Assembly (NCBI GenBank): GCA_021832495.1
Contig: JAKBKR010000001.1
Span: forward strand, 1 to 30,388
Length of the DNA stretch: 30,388 bases
Source of the DNA: a bacterium
GTDB lineage: Archaea; Thermoplasmatota; Thermoplasmata; Lutacidiplasmatales; UBA184
Direction of reading: 5' to 3'
Position 1 is the first letter of the stretch. Each line of letters begins with the position of its first letter. The notes below the pieces were generated by a model that had not been told where the DNA came from, did no database searches, and was given only the letters and a program-made list of their open reading frames with translations. Below, piece by piece: positions 6,349-15,608 of this stretch. A program made the translations under genes and the position numbers.

Positions 6349-9300
6349 CTAAAGCTTCTCCTCGGGGTCCTCGTCGCTGAAGGTCTGGAGGCTGGTCTGG
6401 GGCTGAGGGAAGAGCGTCAGGATGGAGGCCTCCAGGATTTGGACCCGCTGTTTGAGGTAGTCTCCTACCCCGTCCTGCGTCGCGAGGCCCTTGGAAAGCC
6501 CCAAGTACTTTGTCACGGCCCCTTCGTAGACCGTCGGGCTCAATTCCCCGTCACACACCCCACCTTCCGTGACGGAAGCGCAGAGTCCACGGAGCGGGGG
6601 CCGCCGGTACGATACTCCGCACTTCCGGCACCGGAAGTGCTGCGTGGCATAGCTCTTCATGTTGCCCATGATGTCGGGCAGGAAGTGGTGGTTGAGCACC
6701 ATGGCCACGGCCTCTCCTAGGTTCACGGCGGAGATCTTCGAGACCACCGACATCGACTGGGCCACCACGCTGGCCATCCCTTCGCTCTCCCGGTACGCGG
6801 ACCGAGTCGGCCCAAGGGCGATGTCGGTCGTGTCGTGGGTGAAGCCATATCCCGAGAACTGCCGTGCGGGTTCTTTCAGATGCCGTCCTGCCGTTTCCAT
6901 GAGCGCTTCGACATCCTTCGGCCGCTGCCGGCGCTCCGCGGCCTCGTAAAACTCTAGCGGATACGTCGAGAGGATGTCCACGTTCTGCGCCTCCTTGTCC
7001 ACCTCGCTCAGATCGAGGCGCGTGGTCAGGACCAGGGGCTTGTCCATGAGTCCACCTCGGGTCTCGGGAAGGTACGCGAACGAGAAGTTTAGCAAGCCAT
7101 CGAGGAGCAGGGTCACGGAATCCTCATCCCCGTCGCAATTGCGCCGTTTGGAGGCGTGGAAGGCGGGATGGGCAAAACATCCCTCAACCTCCGTGTACCC
7201 GATGATCCTTCCGAGCACGGCACCGGAGGTGTGCGGGGCGAGCGCCATCACCTGGTGACCGATCAGGTCGGTGGGCGTCTCGGCCTTATAATAGGGTTCG
7301 AGCCCGTAGAGGCGGACAAGCTCTTGGTCGAGGAACCGGGAGAGGCGAAGCAGGTATTCTCCAGTGTCCGAGGAGACGACGATGTCCTGGGGACGGAGCT
7401 CGAGCAGTTGTGTAGAGTCACTCAGGGGCGCACCGGTCACATCGGTCACGTAGCCCAATTCCTTGGCCCGCTCCACAGAAAGGTTGATCTCAGCGGGGCG
7501 GAAATGGGTCAAGGGGATATCGGTGAGGTCAATGCGGCTGGTGCCGTCCTGATAGACATAGATGTCGTGCTGGGCCCGCAGGATGCCCTTCTCGACCGGC
7601 TCCGGTGTCCGCGTCCGGGAGATGAGCCCGCGTACCCCTTTCACGAGGGGCGGATCGGTGATCCGGAGCCGGGCGCAGGCGTTGGTGAATAGCTCCCCCA
7701 CGGGGATCTCGACCTCCACCTTTTTCCCCACGGGTTCGGTATGCTCGCCGCAGGAACAGAGGTTCCACGGGGTTTGGCGCCCACACTTCGGGCATTTGCG
7801 AACGCCGACCGAAACATTCGCCCGTCCCCCGCCCTCGTTTGACAAGAGGCTGTTCAGGGCCCGCTGGGATCCTCCAGCCATTTCTACGGGGAAGAGGGTA
7901 TGGACCGGAGGTTTCATCATGCGGAGGCGTGCCTTTTCGGGCCGACCGACGCGCGCCCCGATCCGTGAAGGGGCCCGCGGCTTTATCCGGATCCCAGTGA
8001 CCCGGGACACCTCGGCGGTAGCGTCCGGGGCGTTCCCCTCGATGACCGCCCGTCGTGCCAACCGGCCATCCTGCTCGTCCAACCCAAGGCAATGTATGAA
8101 GGCCGGGGAAAGCAGAGGGTCTACATAGATCGCTCCGGCGCGTACACTGTGGAGGAGCCCCAGCATGATGAGAAGGTCCTTGATCTCCCGTTCATCCGGG
8201 AGGACAAGGGTTCCCCCCTCGACCCTGCCCTTCACCAGCACCATGTCGGAAAGATAGCCCGCTTGGGCGGTCGAAATGTCGTGCCAGAAGAGATTGAAAC
8301 GGGGATGGAGGGGAACCATATGGACCCGAGAGTCTTCGAGCGCTTCGCCCCAACTAGGGGTGATCGCCCTGCGGTCGATGGGGACGCCCTTGCGCCGGAG
8401 TTCCTCAAGGTGCCATGCCAGAGTGTATGCGCCGGGGACGAGGGGGTAGTTGTTCTCCAGGAATTCACCGTAGGAGACGAGGATCTCCCCAAGGTCCACG
8501 ATCTTCTGGACGGACGGGAGCAGCGCTTTCGCTCGGGCCGCATCGTGGACCGCCACAAGGTCCCCGTTGTTCAGCAGGACGATGGGTCCCTCTATCGTGT
8601 CGCACGAGGTGATCGCCGCCGCCTTTCCCGGATACTCGGTCTTGAGCTGCGTTCCAAGGGCCACGAAATCATCCAAGAGCGTCATCGTGGCCGGGTTAAG
8701 AGAAGCGGCGGCCAGACCGCTCGTGCGAGACCGCCCGTAGATGAGGCGGAACCCTCCTTTCCGGTGCGGGTAGGCTAGGATGGGCCGTCCCCCTACGGAC
8801 TCGGCCAGGTACTTTGGCACCGGTCCCTCCTCGCTTGAAGTGCTCTTGCGGCCCAGTTGCTTGAGGAAATCCCATCCATCGATGCCTAGCTTCTCGACCA
8901 CCGAGCTCAGCTTTCGGGCCTTCTGGCAGATGCCCTCGGCGAGGACAAGGCAGGCGCCCCCTCGTACACCGGCCGTGTCCACACGCTTGAGGTTCCGGAA
9001 CGCGGTGACCTCCTCGTCCACCTCGGTGGCCTCACCGTTGATGCATACTGGGATGTTCCGGACGGCCACCTCGATCTCCTCCGCCGTCGGGGAGTACTGC
9101 AGATGCTGCAGGTGTTTGTAGAGCGGGACCTCCTCCTTGTAGCGTCCGACCTCTTCTTCCGTGGCCACGAACGGTGCGAGATTGAGCTGCCGACGTACGA
9201 CATCCGCCATGAGGACCGAAATGGCCTGGGCGGTGCCCCCGGCAGCGCGGATGGGGCCGGCATAGTAGAGGTCCACGTACGGTCCGGCGGGGTCCTCCCG

Positions 9301-9669
9301 GATCCTGGCTTCGACGAGCCCCTCGAGGGGTGCGACCAAGATCCCCTCGGTCAATATGGCGAGACCCGTCCTGAGGGCCACATCAAGGCGCTTTTCCCGG
9401 TCCCCCCGCGCCGGGTCCATCGCCAGCTCCCGTGCGATGGTCAGGGCCACCATGTCCCGGGAAATGTCCCGGGCTGAGAGTTCGCGGATCCGATCGGCCA
9501 CCCCCTCCACATGCCAGGCCGACAAGAGCTTCTCTACCCGCGAGGCCAGATCGCTCGCGAGCGGGATCTCGACCCGGGTCTCCGGATCGAGTCCTCGCCG
9601 CCGGGCCGCTTCCGCGACACCATAGGCGTGCTTGACCTCCTTATCGAGAGAGTCAAAGTACGCCTCCAT
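6349..9669 (-). CDS. polC: DNA polymerase II (PolD) large subunit DP2
   Basis: VEIPLA, EGILVAPLEG, YAGPIRAAGGTAQA, GFRLIYGRSR, RIGARVGRPEKA, KRRNCDGDED, C-terminal Zn finger and PIP-like QTSLQTF. Start chosen at MEAYF (9669); the ORF extends to 9714. Confidence 0.97.
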   Translation of the reverse strand: MEAYFDSLDKEVKHAYGVAEAARRRGLDPETRVEIPLASDLASRVEKLLSAWHVEGVADRIRELSARDISRDMVALTIARELAMDPARGDREKRLDVALRTGLAILTEGILVAPLEGLVEARIREDPAGPYVDLYYAGPIRAAGGTAQAISVLMADVVRRQLNLAPFVATEEEVGRYKEEVPLYKHLQHLQYSPTAEEIEVAVRNIPVCINGEATEVDEEVTAFRNLKRVDTAGVRGGACLVLAEGICQKARKLSSVVEKLGIDGWDFLKQLGRKSTSSEEGPVPKYLAESVGGRPILAYPHRKGGFRLIYGRSRTSGLAAASLNPATMTLLDDFVALGTQLKTEYPGKAAAITSCDTIEGPIVLLNNGDLVAVHDAARAKALLPSVQKIVDLGEILVSYGEFLENNYPLVPGAYTLAWHLEELRRKGVPIDRRAITPSWGEALEDSRVHMVPLHPRFNLFWHDISTAQAGYLSDMVLVKGRVEGGTLVLPDEREIKDLLIMLGLLHSVRAGAIYVDPLLSPAFIHCLGLDEQDGRLARRAVIEGNAPDATAEVSRVTGIRIKPRAPSRIGARVGRPEKARLRMMKPPVHTLFPVEMAGGSQRALNSLLSNEGGGRANVSVGVRKCPKCGRQTPWNLCSCGEHTEPVGKKVEVEIPVGELFTNACARLRITDPPLVKGVRGLISRTRTPEPVEKGILRAQHDIYVYQDGTSRIDLTDIPLTHFRPAEINLSVERAKELGYVTDVTGAPLSDSTQLLELRPQDIVVSSDTGEYLLRLSRFLDQELVRLYGLEPYYKAETPTDLIGHQVMALAPHTSGAVLGRIIGYTEVEGCFAHPAFHASKRRNCDGDEDSVTLLLDGLLNFSFAYLPETRGGLMDKPLVLTTRLDLSEVDKEAQNVDILSTYPLEFYEAAERRQRPKDVEALMETAGRHLKEPARQFSGYGFTHDTTDIALGPTRSAYRESEGMASVVAQSMSVVSKISAVNLGEAVAMVLNHHFLPDIMGNMKSYATQHFRCRKCGVSYRRPPLRGLCASVTEGGVCDGELSPTVYEGAVTKYLGLSKGLATQDGVGDYLKQRVQILEASILTLFPQPQTSLQTFSDEDPEEKL

Positions 9670-9688
9670 GGGCTTTGCATTCCACGAG

Positions 9689-9698
9689 CTAAAATAAG
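9689..9698. promoter_or_regulatory. Candidate shared TATA element between divergent polC and dph2
   Basis: TAAAATAA (TTATTTTA on the minus strand) is the only AT-rich patch in the 58-nt spacer. Confidence 0.45.
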
Positions 9699-9727
9699 GT
9701 CCGCGCCTTCGCAAGGCCAGAAGTCCG

Positions 9728-10723
9728 ATGAAGCTCTACCCTGCGATCGATGACGACCTCGTCCGGGATCTGAAGAAGGCGGGGTACCGCCGGATCGCCC
9801 TTCAGGTGCCGGCCGGCCTCTTGCCGGGCGCGGGCGAACTCGCCCGACGCCTCGAGGAACTTACGGGAGCCCATGTGATCGTTCCCACCCGAGCCTGCTT
9901 CGGTGCGTGCGATCCGCCCTCCCGGGAAGAGTCCTTGGCCGCCGAGGCGGTCGTCACCTTGGGTCATGCCCCGATCCCGAACATGCCGCAAGCGATGAGG
10001 GAATATTGCGTCGAGATGCGGGCGGGTACGGCGGACATCGAGAAGCTTGTGCGCACCGTGGTTGACGGTGGGCTCCCCCACAGGCTAGGGCTCGTCGCAT
10101 CGATCCAGCACATCGAACTCCTGGAACCGTTCCGGCAGCGTCTGGCGGAGCACGGGATCTCGGCCGAGATCGGGACTGGCGGCCGGCGTCTCGGCCATCC
10201 TGGCCAAGCCCTCGGATGTAATTACACCGCAGCGACCACGCTTGCAAAAGGGGTCGACGGATTCTTACTGCTCGCCACGGGCCGGTTCCATCCCGTGGGT
10301 CTTGCACTCTCGGTGGAGCAACCGGTCTGGAGCCTCGATCCCATGCAAGCCACCCTCGAAGGGCCCTACGACCGGGATTCGATGGTCGCGAAACGTCTTC
10401 TCCTCATCGAGTCCGCGATGGATGCGAAGCAATGGGGCGTCCTCGTCAGCGCCTTTCCAGGCCAATGCCGCTCTCCGCTAGCCCAACGGCTCGTCGGCAA
10501 AGCCCGTGCACACGGCCGGGAGGCTGGAATCCTGACGTTCGACCGGCTCGATCCCCGCGATCTCATCGGGCGGAGGCTGGATGCCTATGTGGTGACGGCT
10601 TGCCCTAGGATCGCGATCGACGACGCCGCGCTCTACGACCGCCCGATGCTCACCGCCCCCGAGTTCCTCTCCGCCATCGGGGACCGCCCCTTGCTCCCTT
10701 ATCGGTTTGATACGTTCGTATGA
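9728..10723 (+). CDS. dph2: Diphthamide biosynthesis enzyme Dph2 (2-(3-amino-3-carboxypropyl)histidine synthase)
   Basis: IALQVPAGL; three Fe-S cysteines in CFGACD, LGCNY and ACPRI; GRFHP. Confidence 0.95.
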   Translation: MKLYPAIDDDLVRDLKKAGYRRIALQVPAGLLPGAGELARRLEELTGAHVIVPTRACFGACDPPSREESLAAEAVVTLGHAPIPNMPQAMREYCVEMRAGTADIEKLVRTVVDGGLPHRLGLVASIQHIELLEPFRQRLAEHGISAEIGTGGRRLGHPGQALGCNYTAATTLAKGVDGFLLLATGRFHPVGLALSVEQPVWSLDPMQATLEGPYDRDSMVAKRLLLIESAMDAKQWGVLVSAFPGQCRSPLAQRLVGKARAHGREAGILTFDRLDPRDLIGRRLDAYVVTACPRIAIDDAALYDRPMLTAPEFLSAIGDRPLLPYRFDTFV

Positions 10724-11145
10724 GGTCATCGCACCTTCTCGCGTTGGGGCTCGCGGTACTCGTCGGGGGGATTACCTTTCTCAGCCTTGCGGTCCTCTCC
10801 GGCTCCGCGCATGTGGCCGTGGTGCTCATCGTTCCGGTACTCTACGGGAGCTCACCCTACCTTGCGTTAGGGGTGCTACTCCTTGTCTTGGGGTTCTTCC
10901 TGACGTTCCTCGGATGGGCCTCCATGGCGGGAGATGAGGTGGCGCTGGGGCCGGCGACACCCATCGTGTCGCCCACGGGAGGTTCAGCCGACCGGTCCGA
11001 AGGCACCAGGAGAACCTATGGGGGATTCCTCCTCATCGGCCCCATCCCGGTAGTTTTCGGGAACCGACCTGCCTGGATGCCCTATCTCGTGGCTATGGGT
11101 ATCATCCTCATGCTGGCGCTGATCCTCTTCTTCGTTTTCGTCTGA
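10720..11145 (+). CDS. DUF131 / TIGR00304 family membrane protein
   Basis: Signature YGGFLLIGPIPVVFG with flanking TM helices; ATGA overlap with dph2. Confidence 0.85.
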   Translation: MRSSHLLALGLAVLVGGITFLSLAVLSGSAHVAVVLIVPVLYGSSPYLALGVLLLVLGFFLTFLGWASMAGDEVALGPATPIVSPTGGSADRSEGTRRTYGGFLLIGPIPVVFGNRPAWMPYLVAMGIILMLALILFFVFV

Positions 11146-11151
11146 AAGCGC

Positions 11152-12387
11152 GTGGAGGAAGCGATTTCAGAAGCCCCACTTCCAACGGGACAATCCCCCA
11201 TGCCGGGGCCCCGTCCGCGGCGCTCCTCGCTCACAGCGCTCGCGCTCTATTCCCTGCTCGCCAGCAATCGGGGAAGCCTGTTCACCATCTACTTCGCACT
11301 TTTCCTCGTGACAGAGAAGCATGCCCCCCTCACCTTCGCGCTGGCGACGCTCTCGGTCGCGTACATTGGGGCAAGCCTGCTCTCCCCGCTCATCGGACGC
11401 TGGTCCGACCGGTTGCGGCGTCGCCGCCCCTTTCTGATCGCGGGGGAGGCGCTCTCCCTGCCGCTCCTCATCTCCATCCCCTTCCTTCCCGGTTTCGAGG
11501 GGCCTTCCCTGGCGTTCATCGTGGGGGAATGGGTCCTCTCCTTCGGTTCACCGGCGATGAATGCATATGTCGTGGATTCGACCCGGAGGGGCGAGAGGGG
11601 ACGTTGGTACGGCGTGCTCGGGGCCGCAAGCGCCCTCGGGGCGGCCATCGGCTTCCCCGTGGCCGGGTACCTCATCGGGATCTGGGGCTTCGCCGCCCTC
11701 TTCGTCGTCGCCGGAACGGTGATGGCCTTGGCCCTCCTCACCGTTGTGTTCCTCCTGTCCGAAGCCGAGGTTCCCGTCGCTCCTAGCCGCCGGGCGATCC
11801 GCGAGATGAAGCCGCTCGCCATCTTCTCCTTCGCCGTGTCTATCCGTGCGATCGGCTGGGGCGCCGTCGTGTCGTTCTACGGCGCCTTTGCCTACGTCCT
11901 CGGAGCTTCCGCCTTCGACATCGGCCTCATTGCGATGTCGGGATGGGTCGTCGGGGCGCTCATTTCCGCACGCGCCGGGCGCCTTGTCGACCAGATGGGT
12001 GAGATCCGGGCGATGATGCTGGGGGCGTCGGTGAGCTTAGGAGCGATCCTCATCTTCCTCTTCACGACCGCATGGCCGGAGCTCTTCCCGGCCCAGATCA
12101 CCTACCGGGTGGGCTTCGCCTTCATGAACCCGGCCATGCTCTCTTGGGTCGGAGGCATGGCCCCTTCGGGCCGTCGGGGGGAGTACCTCGGTTTCTTCTC
12201 GATGGTGAATTCGACGCTCTGGAGTTCGGGCCCGCTTGTCGGAGCCATTGCCCTCTCCATCGGGGGTTCCACCGGCCTCTTTCTGATGGCAACGCTGGCG
12301 ACAGCATTCTCGGTGGCCGCCATCCCAATCCTCTACCGTTCGAAGATCTTTCGAAAAGGGACCGGGCCGGAGCCCGTGCCGTCCTGA
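11152..12387 (+). CDS. MFS transporter
   Basis: About 12 TM; motif A variants GRWSDRLRRRR and GRLVDQMGEIR; RGEYLG and RGRWYG loops. Start uncertain (GTG 11152 or a downstream ATG). Confidence 0.9.
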   Translation: MEEAISEAPLPTGQSPMPGPRPRRSSLTALALYSLLASNRGSLFTIYFALFLVTEKHAPLTFALATLSVAYIGASLLSPLIGRWSDRLRRRRPFLIAGEALSLPLLISIPFLPGFEGPSLAFIVGEWVLSFGSPAMNAYVVDSTRRGERGRWYGVLGAASALGAAIGFPVAGYLIGIWGFAALFVVAGTVMALALLTVVFLLSEAEVPVAPSRRAIREMKPLAIFSFAVSIRAIGWGAVVSFYGAFAYVLGASAFDIGLIAMSGWVVGALISARAGRLVDQMGEIRAMMLGASVSLGAILIFLFTTAWPELFPAQITYRVGFAFMNPAMLSWVGGMAPSGRRGEYLGFFSMVNSTLWSSGPLVGAIALSIGGSTGLFLMATLATAFSVAAIPILYRSKIFRKGTGPEPVPS

Positions 12388-12408
12388 CCGAATGCCAACC
12401 ATTAAACC

Positions 12409-13023
12409 GTGCTTGCCGTAGGCTCGGTCGTGTCGTTAGCCGGCTATTGCCCGACGAGTGTAAACTGCGGATCGTTCGTCCCTGGCCTCTTCCTTGTGGG
12501 TGACATCCTCGTCTTCGTTCTGCTCGTCATCGACCTTCGTCTCCTGAAACCTCGAAGATATACCCCGCTCTTTTGGGTCTCTCCTCTTCTCTACGGGTAC
12601 CTTCTCCTATCGTTGCTTGGGCGAGTCGCCACCGAAGCCCTCGGGGGTTCTTTCAGCACCCCCTTGCTCCTTGCGATTTCCCTCGGCGTACAATTCCTCG
12701 CGTTGGTGGCGGGCGCCGGGTCGGGCCGGGCCATCGGCCGGAGGATGAAGATCGGCCGGTGCGCGGATGGTCGTCGTTGGTTCGAAGGGGGCTCGGGATT
12801 GGTCACCTTGCTGTGGGTGTGCCTTCTCCCCCGGGCCGTGGTCTCGGCCGTGGACATCCTGAACGCCTTCTCCGTTACCGGAGCGCCGTCCTTCGCAACC
12901 TCTTCGTCTTTCCTTTTGCTCGATGTCTTCAGTGGATCCCTGGCCGTCCTCGTCGCAGCGCTGACCATCGCATGGAAGTCCCGGGTCAGCGTGCGCCTCG
13001 CCGAGATGAAAGGACCCACCTGA
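12409..13023 (+). CDS. Integral membrane protein, possibly DUF1453/CcdC-like
   Basis: 5-6 TM; pattern PRRYTPLFWVSP...GRAIGRRMKI...GG...LLWVCLLPR resembles DUF1453. Start uncertain. Confidence 0.55.
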   Translation: MLAVGSVVSLAGYCPTSVNCGSFVPGLFLVGDILVFVLLVIDLRLLKPRRYTPLFWVSPLLYGYLLLSLLGRVATEALGGSFSTPLLLAISLGVQFLALVAGAGSGRAIGRRMKIGRCADGRRWFEGGSGLVTLLWVCLLPRAVVSAVDILNAFSVTGAPSFATSSSFLLLDVFSGSLAVLVAALTIAWKSRVSVRLAEMKGPT

Positions 13024-13041
13024 AGGGCCTGCCTCGGTCGA

Positions 13042-13338
13042 TCAGTGCGGAGGAGGGCCCACCGGTGAGGGTGTCCTCAGGTCGAACACCGACCACTTGT
13101 GGCAGAGGGGGCAAGACATGTACCGTGATGTGCCCAGCCGAACACTTGTGAGCGAAGCCCCGGGGATGTAGTCGTAATCAAAGGACTGCCCGCATTTCGG
13201 GCATGTCAGCCGGGAGCCGGAGATCACTCCAGGGCGTCCGCGGGAGCGGTTCCTCCGGAGGACCCAGGTGTAGAATACCACCAGCAGTACGATCAATAGT
13301 ACGGCGACACTTATCGATACGATCGCGATTGGCCCCAT
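13042..13338 (-). CDS. Membrane-anchored zinc-ribbon protein
   Basis: N-terminal TM, CPKC...CPLCHKW; strong SD GGAGGAAGGTGA before ATG. Confidence 0.8.
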   Translation of the reverse strand: MGPIAIVSISVAVLLIVLLVVFYTWVLRRNRSRGRPGVISGSRLTCPKCGQSFDYDYIPGASLTSVRLGTSRYMSCPLCHKWSVFDLRTPSPVGPPPH

Positions 13339-13341
13339 GGT

Positions 13342-13704
13342 TCACCTTCCTCCGCTGTGAGGTTCCCTCGGGCTTCCCGCCTTTCCATCAGGGCGTCGGG
13401 GGGCTCGGGTGAGGAATGTCTGCACGGTCCGAAGGACAGTGACGAGGGGATCCTCCATATGGGGGAGGCTCTCTGAAGGGCGGGGGGTCTCGAGGGGCAG
13501 TACCTTCGGCTCCACTTGGGCCGCCCGCACGTAGAGTTCGAGGTCAGGGACGACTTCGACGACCTTCCGTCGGATACCCCAGAGGATCTTGCGCTGGTAC
13601 CCCGGGTTCGGAAAGGATGAGAAGAGGGCGTTCGTCACGGTGGGATTCCCGTCTGGCCCACGGACTAGCAATGCAAGGAAGTCTCGTTCTCTTCGACTGA
13701 ACAT
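13342..13704 (-). CDS. Hypothetical protein with LuxR/GerE-like helical N-terminus
   Basis: 120 aa, ATG start, ends 3 nt before the next gene; FSRRERDFLALLVRG...LFSS...GIRRKV loosely parallels the LuxR HTH pattern. Confidence 0.6.
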   Translation of the reverse strand: MFSRRERDFLALLVRGPDGNPTVTNALFSSFPNPGYQRKILWGIRRKVVEVVPDLELYVRAAQVEPKVLPLETPRPSESLPHMEDPLVTVLRTVQTFLTRAPRRPDGKAGSPREPHSGGR

Positions 13705-13745
13705 GGGTTCGACCTCACGTGGAGCAAGGCCCCGAAACTATTTGA

Positions 13746-13767
13746 GCGTTACTTATTTCGGTAACGC
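13746..13767. promoter_or_regulatory. 7-8-7 inverted repeat next to a TATA-like element (operator or hairpin)
   Basis: GCGTTAC-TTATTTCG-GTAACGC, directly upstream (minus strand) of CAAATAGTTT at 13744-13735. Confidence 0.4.
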
Positions 13768-13781
13768 AGTTGACCCACCGT

Positions 13782-14264
13782 TCAGCCACGCATCGGACGA
13801 GGGGGGATCGTCCACCCTTCCTCCTCGGCGGAGACGAGGGCCGCGAGCAGCTTCTCACGGATCGGTCCGGAGAGGGGCTTCTTTTGTAGGGCCCTGTAAT
13901 CATATGCCACCTGCACAGAGCGTCCTTGCATGAGCAGGGTCCCGGTCGTCTGGTCCACGAACCGGTACAGGAGTTCCCAGCTCGTGCGCCCGACATGGGA
14001 AGGGGCCACCTCCGCCACGATCTTGTGCTGAAAGCGCACCGGTACGTGGTAGCGGGCCGCGGACTCGGCGAGAATGAAGTCGATCTGCATGGGATCGTCG
14101 AGGCCCGAAACCTGCATGTAATGATGGAGACGCACCGTTTCCATCCACGTGAAGACCACGGCGTTGTTCACATGGCCTGCAAGGTCGAGGTCCCGGAAGG
14201 TGACCTCCAGCGGCTCCGAGAACGCCCACCCCTTCAGGCCTCCGGTTCTCCCCTCTCCTGACAT
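13782..14264 (-). CDS. Acyl-CoA thioesterase (4HBT/YbgC hotdog fold)
   Basis: FRDLDLAGHVNNAVVFTWME, VGRTSWEL, VAYDY; ATG 14264. Confidence 0.92.
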   Translation of the reverse strand: MSGEGRTGGLKGWAFSEPLEVTFRDLDLAGHVNNAVVFTWMETVRLHHYMQVSGLDDPMQIDFILAESAARYHVPVRFQHKIVAEVAPSHVGRTSWELLYRFVDQTTGTLLMQGRSVQVAYDYRALQKKPLSGPIREKLLAALVSAEEEGWTIPPRPMRG

Positions 14265-14336
14265 GAGGGCGGGCACACACCACGGAAGAAGAAAGTATCG
14301 GGCGTTCGCGGTGGTCCAAGTCCCGTGACACCGGCA

Positions 14337-14343
14337 TATTATA
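14337..14343 (+). promoter_or_regulatory. TATA box, probably for a leaderless transcript
   Basis: TATTATA ends 21 nt before ATG 14365. Confidence 0.55.
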
Positions 14344-14364
14344 CGCGCAGCCGATCCTCGACCT

Positions 14365-15480
14365 ATGAGCGGAAAGCAAGCCCCTGTCCCTCCCATTTTA
14401 GAACGACAACTGGCCCGGAAGACCCTCGTAGAGACGCTCCGGGTGAAACGAGGGGAGAACGTTACGATCGAGACTTGGCCCCACACCCTTTCCTACGCTA
14501 CCGCCTTCGTCTACGAAGCACGGAGGATCGGGGCTCACCCCTTGCTGCTGCTCGAGGATGAACCCACCTATTGGAAGAGTGTCGAAGACCTCCCGGCTCC
14601 TGCCCTTGGGAAAGTGGGCGCACACGAATGGGCCCTGCTTTCGAAGACGAACGCCTATGTCTTTTTCCAGGGCCCCTCAGACCGTCCCCGGTACCGGGCA
14701 CTGCCCGCCAAGAAGCTCGAGGCGCTTACCGCATACAACCTCGAATGGTATCGCCGGGCCAAGAAAGCGCGGATCCGGGCCGCGCGGATGTTCCTTTCCA
14801 TGGCGAGCGAGGCCCAGGCCCGAAACTTCGGTGTCGATGCCGCGGCTTGGCGAAAGGAACTTGTCGAGGCGAGCCTTGTCGACACGCGCACCATGGTGCG
14901 CGAAGGGCGCAGGATCGCAGCCGCGTTCCAGCAAGGACGGGAAGTGACGATCGACCATACGAACGGGACCCATCTAGTGTTGCGCCTGAAGGGGCGCTCC
15001 CCCGCGGTGGACGATGGGGTGGTGGGTCCGGAGGACGTGGCCGCCGGACGGAACATGACCCCCATCCCCTCAGGTGTCGTCGCGGTGGCTGTGGACGAGA
15101 CGTTCGCCGAAGGGGTGGTCCGGGCCAACCGGCCAAGCTACCTCCGGGGAAAGGCTGTCGAAGGTGGCACATGGAACTTCAAGAAAGGTAGGCTCGTCGG
15201 GTTCCAGTACGATAGCGGAGGGGAGGAATTCTCGGAGCCCTACGGAAAGGCCCCGAGCGGAAGGGACCGGCCGGCAACCCTCTCCGTCGGGTTGAATCCC
15301 CGCCTTCACCACGCCCCCCAGATGGAGGATCAGGAACGGGGTACCCTCTGCGTCGCGGTCGGTGGAAACCACTGGCAGGGAGGCAGCAACCGCTGCCCGT
15401 TCCTCTCTTGGCTTGCGATCGGCGAGTGCGATGTACGGGTCGACGGAAAGCCGTTGGTCGTCAAGGGCGAGATACGCTAG
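14365..15480 (+). CDS. Peptidase M29 (aminopeptidase T/AmpS)-fold protein lacking canonical metal ligands
   Basis: LRVKRGENVTI, NGTHLVLRL, DDGV...GRNMTPIPSG, GTLCVAVGGNHWQGGSN follow the M29 layout. Confidence 0.85.
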   Translation: MSGKQAPVPPILERQLARKTLVETLRVKRGENVTIETWPHTLSYATAFVYEARRIGAHPLLLLEDEPTYWKSVEDLPAPALGKVGAHEWALLSKTNAYVFFQGPSDRPRYRALPAKKLEALTAYNLEWYRRAKKARIRAARMFLSMASEAQARNFGVDAAAWRKELVEASLVDTRTMVREGRRIAAAFQQGREVTIDHTNGTHLVLRLKGRSPAVDDGVVGPEDVAAGRNMTPIPSGVVAVAVDETFAEGVVRANRPSYLRGKAVEGGTWNFKKGRLVGFQYDSGGEEFSEPYGKAPSGRDRPATLSVGLNPRLHHAPQMEDQERGTLCVAVGGNHWQGGSNRCPFLSWLAIGECDVRVDGKPLVVKGEIR

Positions 15481-15608
15481 CAGGCCTTCCCGACCACCTC
15501 CGAACGAACCGGTGATGATTCCCTACCGGACACCTCTTCCTTAGCCCCTGAGGAAGCATTCCAATCCTTGCGGAGCTCGGAGGCAGGGTGCTGACCCTGA
15601 GAACGAAA

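Noticed and set aside
6349-9669. Intein in DP2
   Set aside because: The usual insertion site KRRN/CDGDED is uninterrupted and the length (~1106 aa) is normal.
15512-15600. Possible C/D box sRNA (GTGATGA 15512-18; CTGA 15548, 15591, 15597)
   Set aside because: C-to-D' spacing is 29 nt rather than about 12, there is no convincing C' box, and I could not recognise an rRNA or tRNA target. A snoscan-type search would settle it.
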